Part shown: one piece after another, positions 61,230-64,000 of the stretch
Layout of the letters: every line of letters begins with the position of its first letter
Position numbering within the stretch: position 1 is the stretch's first letter
IMG/VR virus record: IMGVR_UViG_3300021387_000087
Origin: a virus
Taxonomy: Duplodnaviria; Caudoviricetes
Length of the DNA stretch: 64,000 nucleotides
Direction: 5' to 3' (one strand)
The notes under the pieces: model-generated
Told to the model about the DNA's origin: nothing
The model's input: the letters and a program-made list of their open reading frames with translations, nothing else
The model's database searches: none
Translations under genes and position numbers: made by a program

Positions 61230-61772
61230 TTAGCTAAACCTAAGCACTGAATATTTTTGTTTCATAGCTGCTTCTACTCCTAAATTAAACATTTTATTTT
61301 GAAATTGGTCACTAGCAACCATCTTTTCGATTTTTCCGAACCTATTTGGTTCTCCTTGAATATAAACAGGATCTTTAGCCACAGGAGAAAGATAATCCCC
61401 ATAATGTCGTAAATGATTCACGCGCCTGCCATGCAATCCTAAATCCCAAACGCTTTCATATATTTCTTCTTCTGAAATGCCTTTTGGCTCATGATTCGTA
61501 AAACCGGGCAATATGGCAACACCACCCTCTCGAAAGTTGCCTTTACGAAAATGAAATTTTTTATAAGACCAATCACGCATTTGACCAGTTCTTTGATAAT
61601 ATTCAGGATCATATTCATTGTAATAACCCGCCATTTCTTTTTTAGCAAATTCTTCAATTTTATTAGACGCTTCTTTAATTGCAACAATAGAAAAAGTATT
61701 AAAGAATAATTGCAAATCGTTAGTAATGGCAGCATCGTTAAGGTCTATTGTAAAATTTAAACCAAATTTCAT
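61230..61772 (-). CDS. Hypothetical tail-region protein
   Basis: YNEYDPEYYQRT motif; located between chaperone and tape measure genes. Confidence 0.7.
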   Translation of the reverse strand: MKFGLNFTIDLNDAAITNDLQLFFNTFSIVAIKEASNKIEEFAKKEMAGYYNEYDPEYYQRTGQMRDWSYKKFHFRKGNFREGGVAILPGFTNHEPKGISEEEIYESVWDLGLHGRRVNHLRHYGDYLSPVAKDPVYIQGEPNRFGKIEKMVASDQFQNKMFNLGVEAAMKQKYSVLRFS

Positions 61773-61776
61773 AGAA

Positions 61777-62391
61777 TTACTCCCTCTTCACAATCCTCCT
61801 CACCTTATCCATATCAATTTCTCCGACCACATCTTCAGCAGCCCCAAGGAAACTTTCAATCCATTTATGAATAAGCGGAGCAAACTTTACCACTTGTTCC
61901 CTGACAAAAGCATGCGGTTCATAATAATTTGTCATAATATCATTGCTCTTCATATTGAGCACACTATCAAACATAGCCACTTGCGCTTCAGGAATATAAC
62001 TAATAATTACGTCCACAAGACCATACCTCTGTAACAGGTTAAAATCACCCAATGCATCATTTTCATCAAACTTAATATTTGTATATGTATTAAGTAGTGC
62101 ACTTACATACAATAAATACTTTTTACATGAATCGACTTTAAACTGCCCATCAACTGTAAAATAACTAGACGCGATAATCTGATCGCAAATAGCGCACACC
62201 ACTTCATAACGTTCATAATCTTTTACAGCAAGTGTCCCTTCCAGATATACACGTCTAGCATCATCTGAAGATCTGTTTTTAAGTGACTTAACAAAATCCT
62301 TTACTGTCACAAATTTAACTCTATCTTTTTCAGCATCTATAAAATGTGTTCTAACATCTGCCTGCTGATTCTGATTCGTATTTTTAGCCAT
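61777..62391 (-). CDS. Putative tail assembly chaperone
   Basis: YTNIKF...L...GL motif; position upstream of the tape measure gene. Confidence 0.55.
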   Translation of the reverse strand: MAKNTNQNQQADVRTHFIDAEKDRVKFVTVKDFVKSLKNRSSDDARRVYLEGTLAVKDYERYEVVCAICDQIIASSYFTVDGQFKVDSCKKYLLYVSALLNTYTNIKFDENDALGDFNLLQRYGLVDVIISYIPEAQVAMFDSVLNMKSNDIMTNYYEPHAFVREQVVKFAPLIHKWIESFLGAAEDVVGEIDMDKVRRIVKRE

Positions 62392-62412
62392 AATTAATTC
62401 TCCTTTTCTTCC

Positions 62413-62883
62413 TTAATTAAATTTCTTACAGTATGCCACCCCTACACAAATAGCATCTGCCTCATCGTCATTTACTTCTTTGTTAAAGTTATCTTTAACA
62501 TATTTAATTGAAGCTTGTTTAAATTCTGTTCGTTTCCTACCAAACGCTTGCAGTTTCACATATTTACGCCATTCACTGGGCGCAAATTCATAATATGTAA
62601 TTCCATTAAATAAACAAAAACCGTAGACCGCTCCAATAATTTTCATGAGCATATCTATGACTTTCATATTTCCAAACACAACATCTTTTTCTATTACTAT
62701 AATATCAGGCTTTAACTGTCCTATATCAGCCAGTAATTCTTTGACCATTAATTCAAGACGTTTATAACCGTTCTTTTCTTTTTTAAAATTATCAATAACA
62801 CCCGATTCTTGATAGACGCCATCTTTAAAAATAGCCCATCCTGTAGATGTTGTACTGGTATCAAGAGATAGAAGAGTAATCAT
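62413..62883 (-). CDS. RuvC-like Holliday junction resolvase
   Basis: LSLDTSTTSTGWAIF, IVIE, PSEWRK, DDEADAI. Confidence 0.85.
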   Translation of the reverse strand: MITLLSLDTSTTSTGWAIFKDGVYQESGVIDNFKKEKNGYKRLELMVKELLADIGQLKPDIIVIEKDVVFGNMKVIDMLMKIIGAVYGFCLFNGITYYEFAPSEWRKYVKLQAFGRKRTEFKQASIKYVKDNFNKEVNDDEADAICVGVAYCKKFN

Positions 62884-63128
62884 ATTGTGTCCTCCTCTAA
62901 TTCATAACGACACCAAAGTTCATATGCCTCTTTGGTTTCTTCTTTTAAGAAGATCATTACCAAAATAGTATTACCTGTTTTCCTGTCCATTCCTGTATAT
63001 ATATCAATTGGGTAAATACCGTTTGCGATATATAATTTAAATTGTTTGCTATTAACAATTCGCACAACTTCTTCAGGACGGTATGGACGTGGATGTAAGT
63101 TTGAATTTACTAAATCATGACTGACCAT
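62880..63128 (-). CDS. Small hypothetical protein
   Basis: 82 aa; GAAAGGA RBS; follows a structured leader. Confidence 0.75.
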   Translation of the reverse strand: MVSHDLVNSNLHPRPYRPEEVVRIVNSKQFKLYIANGIYPIDIYTGMDRKTGNTILVMIFLKEETKEAYELWCRYELEEDTI

Positions 63129-63150
63129 ATATCTTTAACCAATCCTTTCT

Positions 63151-63200
63151 CGTACAAAAAAAGGGCATAACCTCGCCTGAACAGCGTAAGCTATGCCCTT
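63151..63200 (-). terminator. Terminator hairpin within a structured leader
   Basis: AAGGGCATAGC...GTTATGCCCTT followed by a T-run on the - strand. Confidence 0.8.
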
Positions 63201-63278
63201 ATCAATATGACTACCACCAAAAATTAGGGGGTAGTATTTGTTAAAGTATAAAAATAATCACTGTTCATTCAAAAATAA

Positions 63279-63701
63279 TTAATGCTTTTTGTAAACAATT
63301 GAACGGGGTACGTTCTTACCTGATTCACGGGTAGCATTATAAACCGCTTTCTTTACTGTCTCTCCAGCAATTTGCTTTTCAACCTCTGGCTTAACAGATT
63401 CAGATTCTTTCTCCTCGGTTTTTACGGGTTTAGCTTCTTCAGCCATAATCTTTTTGTAAGAATTAGCCATAGAGTTTTTAAGCATTTTCATTTTATTTTG
63501 ATCCATTCCCTGAAGCACTTTTTGGGCATCTTCTTTAGAGGTTTGTCCTGCTTCAAAAGAGGAAAGGATATCAAAGAGATCTACACATTCCTTACTACAA
63601 TACATTGTCATAAACGTGGGATAATTGAGGAATCGGTCACAGTTTGTGCAATACTCATAATGTTTCCCACAGACAACACAGGTTCTATCAAATTTTCCCA
63701 T
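63279..63701 (-). CDS. Zn-finger hypothetical protein (start revised to 63701)
   Basis: AAGGAG RBS; CVVC...CTNC...CSKEC. Confidence 0.75.
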   Translation of the reverse strand: MGKFDRTCVVCGKHYEYCTNCDRFLNYPTFMTMYCSKECVDLFDILSSFEAGQTSKEDAQKVLQGMDQNKMKMLKNSMANSYKKIMAEEAKPVKTEEKESESVKPEVEKQIAGETVKKAVYNATRESGKNVPRSIVYKKH

Positions 63702-63740
63702 GTTTTTCTCCTTTACATTTAAATTGTAATAATAGTTACT

Positions 63741-63780
63741 AAAAAAATAAAAAACAGAGTGGGCTGTGGCACCCACTCTG
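63741..63780 (-). terminator. Terminator after the probable major tail gene
   Basis: CAGAGTGGG/CCCACTCTG stem plus T-rich tail on the - strand. Confidence 0.8.
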
Positions 63781-63811
63781 CCATTTAACAAATTTAATTA
63801 AAATCTGTTTC

Positions 63812-64000
63812 TTACTGCTCAGTATCAGCTGTAGCATAGTAAACATGATACAGGGATTTATCAGTGGAGCAGTAGTCAGTCTGAAGACTACCATTGAAGT
63901 CCAGAGTTGCGTTATCAGAACTCAGAGCGATAGTGGTCTCAGGGCTAGGCTGGAAGGACGGAAGCACGATATAGACAGCGCGGAGCGTATCTGCTTCACA
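63812..64000 (-). CDS. Partial CDS (3' end), probably major tail protein
   Basis: Open frame CEADTLRAVYIVLPSFQPSPETTIAL...LQTDYCSTDKSLYHVYY...EQ*; strongly biased codons; position upstream of chaperone and tape measure genes. Confidence 0.6.
   Translation of the reverse strand, partial: CEADTLRAVYIVLPSFQPSPETTIALSSDNATLDFNGSLQTDYCSTDKSLYHVYYATADTEQ

Overview
A 64-kb segment of a large, AT-rich siphovirus-type phage or prophage with an SPbeta-like layout. The host is inferred to be an anaerobic Firmicute (Clostridia/Lachnospiraceae-like), from the strong Shine-Dalgarno sites, sigma-A promoters, class III RNR, cell-wall-binding repeats and clostridial-type holin. Two convergent arms meet at about 25.1-25.5 kb. 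The + arm (1-25117) holds the replisome (YorH-like Zn protein, DnaB-like helicase, primase, Cas4/RecB-like nuclease, DnaE, RecD2) and nucleotide metabolism genes (ThyX-like, Gmk, NrdH/NrdD/NrdG, HD hydrolase, dUTPase). It also carries tRNA-Leu(CAA), an HPr-like protein, a GH114-like glycosidase and a Gly/Met-rich + vWA + PurA-like module. The - arm (64000-25504) holds the tail operon: probable major tail protein C-terminus, RuvC-like resolvase, tail chaperone, 5293-aa tape measure, Dit, Tal, baseplate and fibre proteins, a GC-richer receptor-binding cassette and holins. The junction looks like a tRNA-targeting attP boxed by 26-bp inverted repeats, with no integrase in the window. The main oddities are these. 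(1) The PurA-like gene is broken just before its GDEGKG P-loop by a 5-nt TAG-containing insert inside a hairpin, with matched Ala codons on either side (candidate ribosomal hop). (2) Several switch-like RNA structures lie in the late operon. (3) One fibre carries a 9-residue Cys/Asn solenoid with exact DNA repeats. (4) No endolysin sits next to the holins. All product calls come from motif recognition by eye; no database searches were run.
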